Below are positions 13,201 to 25,641 of a stretch of 64,000 nucleotides of DNA, in pieces. Source of the stretch: Rotaria socialis (taxonomy: Eukaryota); contig CAJNYD010000224.1 of NCBI GenBank assembly GCA_905331295.1, forward strand, positions 277,042 to 341,041, read 5' to 3'. The notes beneath the pieces are model-generated. The model ran no database searches. It worked only from the letters and a program-made list of their open reading frames with translations, and was not told the origin of the DNA. Position numbers and translations under genes: made by a program. Position 1 is the stretch's first letter; every line of letters begins with the position of its first letter.

Positions 13201-15471
13201 TCATTTTGGACCATCACCACTCAGACTTTCATGAATTAGTAACATTCTAAAGCTAAAAATGAGTAATCTCTTTGCATAAAAATGAACAGAAAATCGCTGC
13301 ACACATCATTTTGGGCGTATCGAAAAAGTCACCAAGTCGCAGAGAATGTTTCAGATAATCATTTTAACTCGTTCCAACGTACATTTTCTTCATGAAACAG
13401 GATTCTGAGCGACATCCAAGAATGATTTAGTGTGAGATAAAATAATTAATATTGTGTCTAAGCAAGATTCCGGTGTCCGTAAAAGGGTTTGTTGGTGATT
13501 TGAAATGATGCTTTCGGTCTTGTCAGACGGAATAAACACGCGTGGAAGGCGTTTTAAATTATGTCGAGTGGCATGGACGAACAACATAATATGCATATGT
13601 TACAGTTGACATGATAATTTAGTTGAGATTGGAATAATAGATTTAATTAAAGATAGAGAAAATAGACACAAAAGAGAGCGAAGAAAAGAGAAGAGAAGAA
13701 GAAAACAATTTCGAAAATCAAAATGCAAATAAAATTATATGAACGATATGGAAATTTTTTGCTATGAGTTAGATTTAGCAAACTATTTTCTTATTGATCA
13801 TAATTTAGATTTCTATTTTAAATTGGTGACCAAAACAAAAAAAAATTTATTTCTTATTTTTCATTTATCTCAACACGCTCTCATCTCGCTTGTATGAGTA
13901 ATACAGTAATTAATGTATCTTGCTGAATTGATATTTTAATATTAAAAGAAAATAAAATACTTCGTTGATTATGACAATAATGTTACATCATTAAATAAAT
14001 ACTTATTTATCCGAATTTTACACTTTAAAAATTTAGTAGAATCTATTAATATCTAACTTTTTTGTCATCATTTCTTTATTAATTTAAGCTTTTATAAATG
14101 ATAATCGTCACTATGAAACAGACAATGATTAGACATAAATTACGAAGTTTCTTTTATATTAGCTTATTTGTTCTTAGCGCAGAATGATTGTCGATAATAA
14201 CACATCAAATGGAATACTCATATAAGAAACTTCTTTCTTAATTTCATGAAAAATTTAAAAAAAAATTTACTTTCCTTCCATATCATTCGATATAAACACT
14301 TTTTCCATTCCCATCCCATCTGCTCGAGACCCGTACTTTGAATTAACGATAGCCAAAACTCTCTTTCTATCTTTTCTTTGAATACAGAACGAAAGAAAAA
14401 AAATCAATGCCCCTATGTCCCAATGTCCCGCGTATTAAAGCAAACATCTTTTCAGAATCTTTCTCATTTCTCTCTCTTCAATCATGAAAGATTGACACAA
14501 TTAATCTTGGAAACAAAAACGTGCTTTTTGAATCTACATAATCAATCAAACTATCTCATATCACTCACTAAGAAAATTTTATTTCTATGAATCACTCTCT
14601 CATAACATTTATAGAATAATCAACAATTCCAATCTCAACTAGATTCTAAACTCTACTGCCACATATATATATATATCAAGTTTATCTTGCCCTGGGTAAT
14701 CATAAATGGCTCTGAATTTCGCGTTAGACGTGGAGTCGATCGTGGAATCAGGTTATATTAGCGGTAGTTATGATAAATGACTTGAATGAGATTCATTTGG
14801 GTCGATTACTGCGCTCAGCATAAATAAATACGTGATCATGTCGCTAATTTGGATCGATTTTTCATAAAAAATGTATTTGATCAACCATAATTTTTAATTC
14901 ATACCTTATATCGCTTGTATGAGCTGTTAACTAAGGGTCGGAATGGATCACAAGATCTTCCTTTAGTATCCGGTAATTCGTTACAGATGCTTTCTGTCGG
15001 ATATGTGTTGTAGTAAGTGGCTTAATCCGGTGAGTAGGACGGTTCCGTTCTGATATGATCCGATGTGTTCCGGTGATACTGATTAAACCGGATCTACCAT
15101 GAAATCGAGCGACATGCGGCATGGCGGATTACGGTAAAGTTTCGTTACCGGATATTGTCGGATCACGTCGTATACGGCCCAATCGTATTATCTGACCTGA
15201 TATTTTCCGGCAGTGTAAATCTGGCCGGTTCTCGGCGAATCCTGTAACCAGATTTCATAAGAAAGCAAAGAAAATCATCGGAATTCACCAGAAATTAACC
15301 GACCGAATCCGGTCACCACGTGCCATCGGAATTATAACCCGTCCAACAAGAACCGACTGATCGATAATAACCTGGAAGTCATTTATCACTTGATTAACTC
15401 TTCCCGATCGAAATCGTAATAATTTGGCAATGATCACTACAACTAATTGACAGATTATCATCACACCACCG

Positions 15472-16774
15472 CACTGTAAATGAAAAGAATAGAATAATAA
15501 ACCCTTGTCCTTCCTACAAATCATGCTAAACCCTTAAAGGGTTTATGAAACGAAGGGTATATGAAAAAAAAGATGATACTAGAAAAAAAAGGGTTTATTA
15601 ATCTGAGATTTAAGGAGGAGGGTATATGATTTTATATCCTAGGGTATTTTAATATGCGGTTTCGAGAGACGGGTTTATTACTTTTTTTTACAAAGGTTAT
15701 TTTATCCTACGGTTTCAATAAAAGGTTTTATTACTTTCTTAAAAAGAGTATTTTATTCTACGGTGAGGGATTTATTGTTCTACGCCATCATCAAAAATTT
15801 TTTTTTATTCTTCGTTCAAAGGATCACACTTTTTCAACTGATATATATATATACAGTATGTAAAAGAATTATTCGAACACCCTACTACAACAATTTTGTT
15901 GAGTGAATTTCTGAGTAAAGGAAATATATTTCTTAAACTCCGATTACATCATTCAATATGTCATCATCTCTACTTTCTATTGCATAGAAAATAATTTTCC
16001 CATAATATAGTTTTGATAAGGTTTTAGAAGGTTTTCTAAGAATCAGTGGATTTTAGAACCAAAAAATTATTCGGACACTTGTATTCTTTTCATGAAAATT
16101 AAAAATGTAATTGTAACGATAAATATGGGACTCTGTTTGGTTTGTATCGTTAGGACAAACTGGATAAAAGTGGAGTAGCTTACCGCCACTCACGGCAATG
16201 ATGTTTATCCGCTTCTTCACATATCCAGAGTGTAGCAACTTTATACATAACACACGTATATATAGGAGAGAGATATATTATAACAATGGAAAGAGAACAG
16301 AAGGAAGAAGAAGGAGGATCATCGATGCATGCCACCAATATCGGCACAGTAATAACAATTGTTCCGCTTAACTTTATATCACCTTCAATTTCCTATAAAA
16401 TTTCGTTCGATTTAAGTAGCATTTCTTACTTCATCTTGATATCGTACGACTGCCCGAATGGATAGCATCTTGGACTATCAACCAATTCATCTCATAATCG
16501 AACCTAGGGCAACGCAGTAACTTCCAAAACCTTAATTTTAATCTGGTAGATAAATAACAAAAAATACGTTGTGACGTGCATATTAAACACAAACGAAAAA
16601 GAATCACAGTGTGCTCATTTGTTTTTGGATTCTTTTTTCTGAAAGTTTGTTAACGAGTTTTTTAGGCGCGTGTCTGAATGAGAATCGTAACAAACCCTTT
16701 GGAAGGGTTTATGAAAGTGCAACGTATCATAAACTCCTTAAGGGTATATTAATATACGGCTTTTTTTTACAATG
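15472..16774. mobile_element. Non-autonomous CMC/EnSpm-like (CACTG-ended) element
   Basis: CACTGTAAA...TTTACAATG termini flanked by CG on both sides (possible 2-bp TSD). Subterminal AAACCCTT/AAGGGTTTAT repeats at 15500-15780 and 16690-16750. Confidence 0.6.
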
Positions 16775-17331
16775 CGTAGAGAAGAATCAGTATTGTTATA
16801 CCTTCGAATAGTTTGCTGTCTGCAATATATGAAAATACACACGATGCACGTGCGCATTAAGTTAAATAATTTCTATAGGACAAATTAGTTGATCGATCAT
16901 CAACTAAATAGGAAAATGGCTCGAGTTTACGGAAATCTTTAATGATGAATATGCATTGTTAGCGTCAACGGATGTCACCTTATGACGCTAACCCTTTGAA
17001 CGTATTATACAGTCACTCATCACAATATCATGATAACCTTTTTGCGTCGTTCCCTTTTATTATTGCTTTTTTCCTTTTTTTTCTCTATATGTGGTGAGTT
17101 GATCCTTTTTTTGTTCTTTTGTTTTTTTTTCATCTGATTAACGATTATCATCCCGTTATTTTTCTCCTTTTTTTCGTCTTCCTCTTGCTATCCATGATCT
17201 TCCTCTTATGCTCCTCTCAACCTATCAACATATTATATTAATAGTTTATATTTATTAATAAAAACATTCATCGAGCCTATCTCGAACCATCACCATTTTC
17301 ATTGCAACATCATCAGGTCACGGTAGGCTAT

Positions 17332-17750
17332 TTATTGTGAGTTTCTCAATAGAGAACACACTAATATCCCCTCAAACGTCAATTTAACCTTCGCAGATAG
17401 CGGAGGTTGAAGCCATTTGACACATCCCCAGACGAGAACCTCACATGTATGAGTTTTATCGATATATTCCTGATTGTAGAGAGCCTCAAATGTATAGCAA
17501 CCAAGTGCTACTCCTCCAAAAAGATTTATGAAACATTTTGAAGACAAACCACAATTACAATCATAATAAATGACGGGAACTGTATGCAAAGCATTTCCAA
17601 CAGTTAGATTAAACTTTTTTGTACATATTCAGGTGGTACCGAGTGTACTCTTAAGTTGTTTTTACTAAAGTGGTCTCCCGGAGCAATACAAAAATAGTTG
17701 TACATAACTTGCTCATTGTAAAAGAATTTAAAATCATCAATAGTCATTTG
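17332..17750 (-). pseudogene. Fragment of a Cys-patterned protein family gene (CNCGLSSKC...LGCY.FEAL)
   Basis: ORF 17332-17589 contains YDCNCGLSSKC...GVALGCYTFEALY. This resembles an expanded uncharacterised membrane-protein family I recall from bdelloids. It degenerates on both sides. Confidence 0.35.
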
Positions 17751-18286
17751 AATTTAACCATAATGAAAATTAAAGGCGAATAATTAATAGAAAAAAATCG
17801 AAGAGTACAGAAGCAACCCGTTCAAACAATATATGACTTTTTGCTACGTAAACATCTAGTTTAAGAAAGTTCAAAACATCGGAAAAAGTATATCAGTAGT
17901 AAAATATCATCAAAGTTATAATGGTTCAATAAAAGACGTCGTTATAACTGGAAAGTCACAGAAAAAATAACTTCTGATAATTTTTGTATTTCAAATGAGG
18001 AAATGTGAGTGTAAAACTTACTGTATAAAGTTAATTTTATTGTTACATAGAACTCGCTTGATACTGTTGAAAACTCTTCGTTTTGCTGACACAACACTAA
18101 GAAATGTTATTCCATTTTGCGTTTTATATACATGCATATGTACGAGTTAAGAGAAAGCCTTACTTTTCATCGTTGTCTTTCATGATGACAACTTCTCATT
18201 CAAACTGCAAATAATTTTAATGAAAATTCAAAAAATGTCTTAATTTTTTTTCTAGTGAAAATTTACTACTGCAAAAAAAAAGAAAG

Positions 18287-21200
18287 TTAAATAGTTTTTA
18301 CATTAGTCGAAGTTAATGGAATATACAATTTGATTTCATGAAGAAAATTGAGATAGTCTGCAATAGGTAATAATGTATGGTATCTTTCGTTGAGTTCAAA
18401 TTTCAACGATTGATACATCGATTCCCGATTTATCAAACACATTTCATAGAGTTGTAGAAGACAATGACCATCGATGCTTTTACACAGTTGAAGTATTGTG
18501 TTACCAAGTCCGATTCGAAGAAAAAAAGATTTAGTATGATCATGAGTCCATTGAGTAATGCAGTTTGGCAAGTCACTATAAAGATGAATAAGCTACAGCT
18601 CTGTCAAGAAACATTTAGTTCAATAAAGAAATAAGTTTTGATTATATTGCATTTCAATTAAGTTACACCCTTCGCAGAGATTTGTAAGACACAAACACGA
18701 TTACTGCTTTGAAATTTGCTTTCTCTGACGAAAAAAATAATTTGCTTCATTTTTAATTATCGTGTGGCAGAGTCTTACGTCAACTTAATTCGAGCATCTC
18801 TAATGAGCAATCAAATAGTAAAGAATCAGTTTTCTCTGTTTTTTCAATGCATATAGAGTTTTCGATTGACCCCTAGAAAAATCTCTTTTGAAGACAATAA
18901 CTACAACAGATAGTCTGATGTTTTTCATAAAAGGAACTACACAAGGTTTTAGATCTGAAGAATGTAAGCACATTACAATGTATGATTCTTTCGAATTAAT
19001 AAAAATAGAATTCTTTTTTGAATTGGAATGTCAAACAAATAGCTCATAACTATCACTGCTATAATACATTGAAAATAGCATGTAATCCACTTTATGGTTT
19101 CTCTGGGAAATGCTGATAGAAAAGAAGACGATGATTTCGGGAGGAGGTCTAAAGTACGTCTAAATATCTCCAATAAACCGATACTTCGGTCGCAGTTATT
19201 GTTTTCTAGGTACAAATTTATTTATCATATCCAAACCTGTACGTGTAAATCAGTACGTCCTAATATGTACGTCCTAATCTGATGAGTCTTAATCATTACG
19301 TCCTAATTTGTACGTATTAATCTGTACATTATAATCTAGCACGTCTAAACCAGCATCGATAAATCTTTATGTTCATCCATGAGTATACCCTCCCCTGACC
19401 CTCACTTGGAATGCTAGAGGCATTATCTGAGATTCACATCAATTGTCAAATTCGAATTAAATCCCAGGCAAACTCAGGAAAAAAAGAAACGATAGTGAAC
19501 AATTATAAGTAATGCGAGATCATGCAGAGGAAAACAATGGGTAAGCACACAACCCTTTATTTTAGTGTTGCGGCGTGGGGGCGCGCGCGCCCCCGCAGAG
19601 TCGCGACCAACGCTTGTCGTTGTGTACACAGCGGCATCTACCTTTAACCATCGTGGAGTTCAACATGCGAATTTCGAATGCAGCTGCTTCACAGGTGCTG
19701 CTGGCATCCTACATGATGTCGCTAGCGGCCCCGGCAATGTTGCTAGAAGTCTAGGTGATCTTGCTAGCATCCCAGGTGATATTGCTAAAATCCCATGGGA
19801 TCACCCGATAGGGTAACCTAGAAGGGGTGTGAGGATTTATCTGTATTATTTTGATGTAAGGAGTATGACGTATTAGATTAAGACGTATAGATTAGGACGT
19901 ATAGATTAAGATGTAAGGATTAAGACGTAAAGATTTGGATGTAGAGATTTGGATGTATAGGTTAGGAGATATAGATAGATATGTACAAGATTAAGACTTA
20001 TAGAAAGGACGTAGACGTATAGGGATCGGAAAAGTTCGAAGTTCTTTTTCTATCATTTCCGTGGGAAACGATAAACCGAATGAACTCGAAAATAGTAGAC
20101 TGTCTTTGAATTTAGACTACTCAAATACATATTCCAATTTGTTACAACTTCGTAATTATAAATTACAAGGTGAACATATGAAACTTACACAGTAGATTGA
20201 TAAATTAATTCAACACGTTCCGAAGTCATGGAGTTCGTATTGGTTTGATGGTTTCTTTCTAATTTTATTGATGATTGAATTTCATTTTGATATCGTTGTT
20301 CGCTAATTTCATTTTTTAACTTTTCATAAGCCTTGCTGAATTCGTCTTTGGCAAAATTTACATAGATTTTGCCACTCACAATAATGCCAAGCCATCCATC
20401 AGGTTTATAATTTGATTCGACTATGATTGGAATCAGACGACAACGACATTCAAATGCATAGTGAGCTTCTGATTGACAATATACACTTTGCTTGTACATA
20501 TTTGACATACATATGACTACATGTTCAGAATTTTCGATGGCATTAGCTATACCAACCATAGTAGATCCACGCAAACAGTCTATGCCAAGCCAGACACGAA
20601 ATCCATCTTTGATCAATTGTTCATGAATTTTAAGACATAACTGTTCATCTTTATGCGAATAACTTAACATGATATTGTATTTGTACGAATTCAATATAAT
20701 CTGCTTAGTAACAGCTTCGCTTTCTTTTTCTAATTTCCAGAGAAGTCCTTCGGCAGCGCGTTGTAAACTAAGTTGATTCTCATAAGTCTTCTGAGTTAAG
20801 ATTCGAACATGAATCATGAATTGTTCATTTTGTCTAAGAATATAACAGGCTTCATTTTGAAATGAGAGGGCAAAGGGAATTTCGAGAGCTAGCAGTTGCA
20901 CTTTGATTGGATCGAAATGATTTTTCACGACGCACATTATTAATAGAGGAAGAGCTTCTTGTTTTATTAGCTCACATTTCACTTGATCATGCTGAACAAA
21001 ATCTAGAGAAGATTGAAAAAAATTAATGATTATTCAATTTAATAATGACAGATACAATGGACAATAGCGTACTTTTCAAACTTTCCAATAGACTATAAAA
21101 TCGTTCTACCCTATTCGGATTATCAATAGTATTCTTAATGAAGTCTACGTATACGGCAACAATTTTTTCCGGCTTTGCCATTGTTTTAATATCTGCTTCA

Positions 21201-22344
21201 ATCATTATTTTCCCCAAACAACGATATGCATTCAATTGTATTTCATCATCATCAAGTTCAGTTGCTTTCAGAAGTATTAGAATTAAATTCGGTATATTTT
21301 TCATAAAATTGACTATATTTAAATGCAATGTGAAGCTATACAAAATTCGAGTGCTCGATCGTGTGCTTGATATGATGTCAGTTGAACAGGAGGGATATGA
21401 AAATATTGATGATAGAATTAATGACCAATGTAAAACTAATGTAGAATAGTGGTGATAAAATTCTTCACTAAAAAGGCTCACATTGCTAAATTCAGTAGGT
21501 CGAATGAGAACATGAGTTATATTGCCAATCATCGAATCAATTTGAGAAGAACGCTGCGGGTAAGATTCCGGCTGACAACTCTTAAACCATGAAGTAAATT
21601 CATTCAATAGTATTCTTAAAATTTTAATGAAAATTTCAGGATGACCATAATCCCAATACCATTTTAAATATAATGGTATTGCGTCGAGAAATAGCATTTG
21701 ACCTTCATCTAATTTTTGAAAAAAGTTCGACTCTAAACCTTTAATCATGTCGATAGCATGCTGAGAGCATAGACATTCAACAACAGCGAAAAAGATTGGT
21801 GCTATTAGTGAATAATTATCTGTTGTCATGCTATGTATCAGAGTATTCTTGAATGCTCTTAATAAGAATTTCACTGAACGAAGGCGTGTTGGATCATTCA
21901 AATATTTTCCATATGTACCCATCTCATGAAGACAATACGCAAGTTCATCGATCAATGGTTTGTGAAACAGTAGATCTTTGTAATTATTAGTATTAGTGTT
22001 ATTAATGCAATTACATAGATTCATAAACAATGTTGAAGTATTCAGCAAAACTGTTTGTGTAGTATTATTTTCTACTTGTTTTTGACGAAGTAGATTGATA
22101 ATGGCATAGTCACGTAAAATGACGAAAATATCGTGCGTGAACAGGTCAAATTCGGCAAGGATTGCATATCCTTTAGGCAGATTTGTCAATGAAGTAATAA
22201 TTTGTTCAATTAATGTATATTTTGCATCAGTATAGTGTCAGCTTGTTTGAATTCCGAAACAAAATCATTAAACGATGCTTTAATTTGTGCAATGCTATTA
22301 TCCAATTCATAGCTTTCAATGGTCTTATTATGTTCATCCACCAT
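18287..22344 (-). CDS. Helical/ARM-like repeat + TIR (TIR_2-type) + SAM-like domain protein; 1-nt frameshift near 22230 (pseudogene or sequence error)
   Basis: Exon 1 22344-21073 (ATG GTG GAT GAA; frame breaks near 22230), exon 2 21002-20189, exon 3 18575-18287. Junctions are GT-AG and phase-compatible (LK|NFVQHDQVK; STV|DLPNCITQWT). TIR motifs IMLSYSHKD, GFRVW, AIENSEHVVICMS, YCQSEAHYA, LIPI, KPDGWLG. The last exon has a SAM-like QWT...L...IDG..LL.L pattern. Confidence 0.8.
19091..20075. mobile_element. Foldback-type element with modular inverted arms, inside intron 2 of the TIR gene
   Basis: TTTATGGTTTCTCTGGGAAATGCTGATAGAAAAGAA at 19091 is an imperfect inverse of TTCTTTTTCTATCATTTCCGTGGGAAACGATAAA ending 20075. 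About 14-bp tandem units (TACGTCCTAATCTG) at 19235-19350 mirror TTAGGACGTATAGA units at 19860-20020. GC palindrome GGGGGCGCGCGCGCCCCC near 19577-19594. Confidence 0.7.
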
Positions 22345-23698
22345 AAGTGTACTGTAAAGATGTTTTGATCAATCTAAATAAATGTAGAATTAAAAGAAAA
22401 TAAATATTCGATCGTTTTGATATATTTAACTCAAGAAAACTACTCAATCAATTGTAAGGGGTCTATTCTAAAGCAAAAATTGCAAAGATTCAGATTGTGA
22501 AGGTTTCTTATGAATGTTTTTTATGCAAGAACTTTGATAAGTATATGGGTCCTAATTTTTAATAATCATCACCCAATTTTTATATATTTCTTAATTTTGA
22601 AATCAAAGCAAAACATATATGTTGAATCTAAATCATGCTACAAAAATAGATGAATAAATAGAAATCTAGCGTTTTGGCGAAAGTTTCAAATAATTGAAAT
22701 CAACGTCACCACTAGGAACTGTTATCTAGGCGTTGTTTTAATGAAGTATTAAAAAATAAGCTTTCTAGTGGTGTACTGCTATTGAGTGTCGCGTAATCTA
22801 ATTGCTGAGGGTCGACTTGAAATCAGTACAGAACGAAGAAAGGAATCCACTTCAAATTCTGGACTTTTCGTCGCATTTATAATAAGCTTTCTAAAAATTT
22901 GTCTAGATATATATGCAGAACAAGTAAACTCTATTCATTTTTTCTCATTCTAAGCAGTACAAATATAAATAAAACAGATCAAAAGAATCAACACATTAAG
23001 CTAGACACACTAAAACATATTCTATGCAAAACTGGAACGCGAACTTCGATTTTTTCCGTTGTAATTTGAAAACATCAGATTGAAAAAAATTGTTTTTTTG
23101 ATGAACTTCGTGTATGATCATAGATCGCTGCTAAAGGGTTCCGTTCCCTAATGTCAAACATCAGTCGTATTGAAACGTTTTCTGCTGTTAACAGCCTTTG
23201 TAAGTACACTGTATTCATTCTGCACATCTGATCTCTTTTTCGCTCAACGCTGTGTACTTTATCGGAAACATTTTACAACATGCTTACAGGTTCGTGTGAC
23301 ATAGATTTCGGAATAGACAGTGACACTCTTGTTGATTACTTGACAATAAAGTTATGCGCATTCTCGTCTATAGAAACATGAAAAAAAAGCCACATGGACT
23401 TACCTGCTAGTGAACTATATGTTGACTATGAGTTTTATGCAAATGATAAAAATATCAAACCTACGAAGAGCAATATATTTTATTCGCCATATACTTATCG
23501 ATCTTTTTCCTACATGAAACGATACAGTTATGTAGGTTTCTCTTATGCAAACCTATGCTTTTTTCTGTTAAAAATGAGTTGAAGAAAATGTATGTAAATG
23601 AAACATATTTATGCAGTCTTTCAATATGATTGATGGTATGCTAAAAGAAATCTTTATTAATTCATGCTCAAATGCTTATTATTAAAAAAAAAGATCTA

Positions 23699-25010
23699 AC
23701 GGGTGCCCCATAATAAATGGCCGGTTTTCTCACCAATGAAAGTATATAGAGCTGATCCATATTTTTCATTTATTTATACAGCATGTATTTGGACTGTTCA
23801 AGGTCTACATAAATGCAAAAGATCAGCTCGATAAGTGCTTTTTAGATTCAATTTAAATATGAAGTCTAAATATATACGAAAAGTAGTACTGCGAATGACT
23901 CATGACGGTATGTCATCGCTACAAATTGCTAAACAACTACGAAAAGTGGTCAGTGAGCGAACAGTCAGACGATGGCAACATATGTATAGAAGCACCGATA
24001 AAATTGATTTGAAAACACCTGCTGGTAGACCCAGAATTATACGAACAAAAAGCCTTATTCGAAAAGTCACGAATAGGTTTATTTACAAAGGTCGACAAAG
24101 TGCAAGGAAATTAGCTAATTCACTTGGTATTTCGAAGGGGACAATTGGTCGCATTATTCATGAGGATCTTCATTTACATGCTTATCGTGTTATAATTGAG
24201 CCAAATCTAAATGATGAACATAAACAACGAAGAGTATCATTTACATATTGGGTACGAAAGTTTTTAAGAAAAAAAGATCGAGAAAAAATCTTATTTACTG
24301 ATGAAAAGTACTTCGAATTAGGTGGCATTTTCAATCGCCAAAATGACCGTGTTTATGCTACCTCTCGATACTACGCTGATGAACACAAAGGAACAAAGCC
24401 GACGGCCAAGTTTCCAAAAAAACTTATGGTATGGTTTGCGGCATCGAAAAATGGTCTTTCACTTCCAATTATTTTTGAGCCCGGTGAAACGCTAACGCAT
24501 GAAAATTATATTGAAATTGTTTTGCCACATGCACTATCTGAAAGTCAACGATTATTAGGTGATAATTTTATTTATCAACAAGATAATGCAACACCACACA
24601 AGCATAAAGATTCGATAGCATGGATTAAGAAAAACTTTCCTCGGTTCATCGATGAAAAAAAATGGCCGCCTAATAGTCCAGACCTCAATGTTTTTGATTA
24701 TTATGTGTGGGATGCTATAGGTCATAATATGCATTGGGATAAAGTCAAAAGCTATGATTCATTAATTGATGAAATAAAAAAAGGTATAAGTCGTGTACCA
24801 AAAAATGATCTCCTTCGCAGTGTTCAAAATTGGTCGAGTAGAATTTTTTCTATTTTGAAAACAAAAGGCGCTTATATTAAATAACATTTTTTGTGCAGGT
24901 TATAGTAGTAACTATGTTGTGTGTTATGCCATATTTTGATTTTAATTAAAGCTTGTCAGATACTATAAAGATTAAGAGTAAAAGCCGGCCATTTATTATG
25001 GGGCACCCGT
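23699..25010 (+). mobile_element. Complete Tc1/mariner-superfamily transposon (DD37D / maT type)
   Basis: Perfect 26-bp TIR ACGGGTGCCCCATAATAAATGGCCGG at both ends. TA TSD at 23697-23698 and 25011-25012. Single uninterrupted transposase ORF. Confidence 0.95.
23859..24884 (+). CDS. DD37D transposase (HTH DNA-binding region + DDD catalytic domain), 341 aa
   Basis: ATG at 23859. HTH-like IAKQLRKVVSERTVRRW, GRPR linker, SARKLANSLGISKGTIGRII. Catalytic FTDEK, QQDNA and SPDLNVFDY, with 37 residues between the second and third Asp. Confidence 0.95.
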   Translation: MKSKYIRKVVLRMTHDGMSSLQIAKQLRKVVSERTVRRWQHMYRSTDKIDLKTPAGRPRIIRTKSLIRKVTNRFIYKGRQSARKLANSLGISKGTIGRIIHEDLHLHAYRVIIEPNLNDEHKQRRVSFTYWVRKFLRKKDREKILFTDEKYFELGGIFNRQNDRVYATSRYYADEHKGTKPTAKFPKKLMVWFAASKNGLSLPIIFEPGETLTHENYIEIVLPHALSESQRLLGDNFIYQQDNATPHKHKDSIAWIKKNFPRFIDEKKWPPNSPDLNVFDYYVWDAIGHNMHWDKVKSYDSLIDEIKKGISRVPKNDLLRSVQNWSSRIFSILKTKGAYIK

Positions 25011-25149
25011 TAGTTAAATTTGCAACTCAGTAACTTACTGTCTTTTACAACTATCAAATATTTTTCAAGTTCTTTAATAGATTATTTTTTTCAAAATTTG
25101 TTGCTTGTAATATGAATTCGTTTGATATGTGGTTATGAGAAACATTACG

Positions 25150-25641
25150 CATGCCGTCGAAATTGCCGCAGTTTTGACGATTAATCACGATTTTCCCGGG
25201 AAAAAATCAGGAAAAGCCTCAAATCTCAGCGATTTAGTAGCTCGATTAATCACCGATTTTCACTTAAATGCTCAGAATGGGCAATTTTATGGGAAATCAC
25301 ATCATATCATTCATCTTTTTGTTAAGCTAGCTATCTGTCTTCATGGCCAATCTATTTTGGCACTATTCTTCGCATTTTTTCTATAGACTACGTTTTTTTT
25401 ACCTGTATTTATTCTGTTATTTTTGTAAAACAATAAATGTAAAGAAAATGAGCTTGAGGAGGCGCTATTAGAAGCAGTCTGAAGTCATTACCTATTTTGT
25501 CAAAACCGTATCGTTGCCTTATTAACCTCGATTTTGTTGAGAAAATTGACAAAAATCATCAGCTTTGGCAATATATCGCGATATCATCGCACGATTAATC
25601 GGCTGCTAAATCGCGATAAAATGGGCGATTTTTATGACATG
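25150..25641. mobile_element. Degenerate MITE-like element
   Basis: GCATGCCGTCGAAATTGCC is an imperfect inverse of GGCGATTTTTATGACATGG. CGATTAATC motifs occur at both ends. Confidence 0.4.

Larger units (their letters stand above)
9424..13380. repeat. 159-bp tandem repeat array (about 6.5 units, A/B alternating), split by a hAT-like insertion at 9489-12408
   Basis: Core ATCATTTTGCACGCATCGAAATCATTAATAATTCATAGAAAATGCATCTGAATATCATTCTGGACCATCACCAC starts at 9424, 12511, 12670, 12829, 12988, 13147 and 13305 (spacing 159, last 158). The unit I translated has stops in all six frames. Confidence 0.9.

Noticed and set aside
12409..13380. CRISPR-like appearance (conserved block alternating with variable block)
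   Set aside because: The variable halves are homologous to each other and alternate A/B, the conserved block is about 75 bp, there are no cas genes, and the context is eukaryotic. The 159-bp (53-codon) unit I tested is closed in all frames, so it is not a protein repeat either.
15853..16080. Tc1-like terminal sequence TACAGT...AATTATTCGAACACC with a direct repeat near 16065
   Set aside because: No matching opposite end or transposase found. At most a solo end fragment.
19565..19816. GC-rich 83-aa ORF
   Set aside because: GTG start, lies in the core of the foldback element, no recognisable motif.
21138..21449. 103-aa plus-strand ORF
   Set aside because: Antisense shadow of the TIR gene exon.
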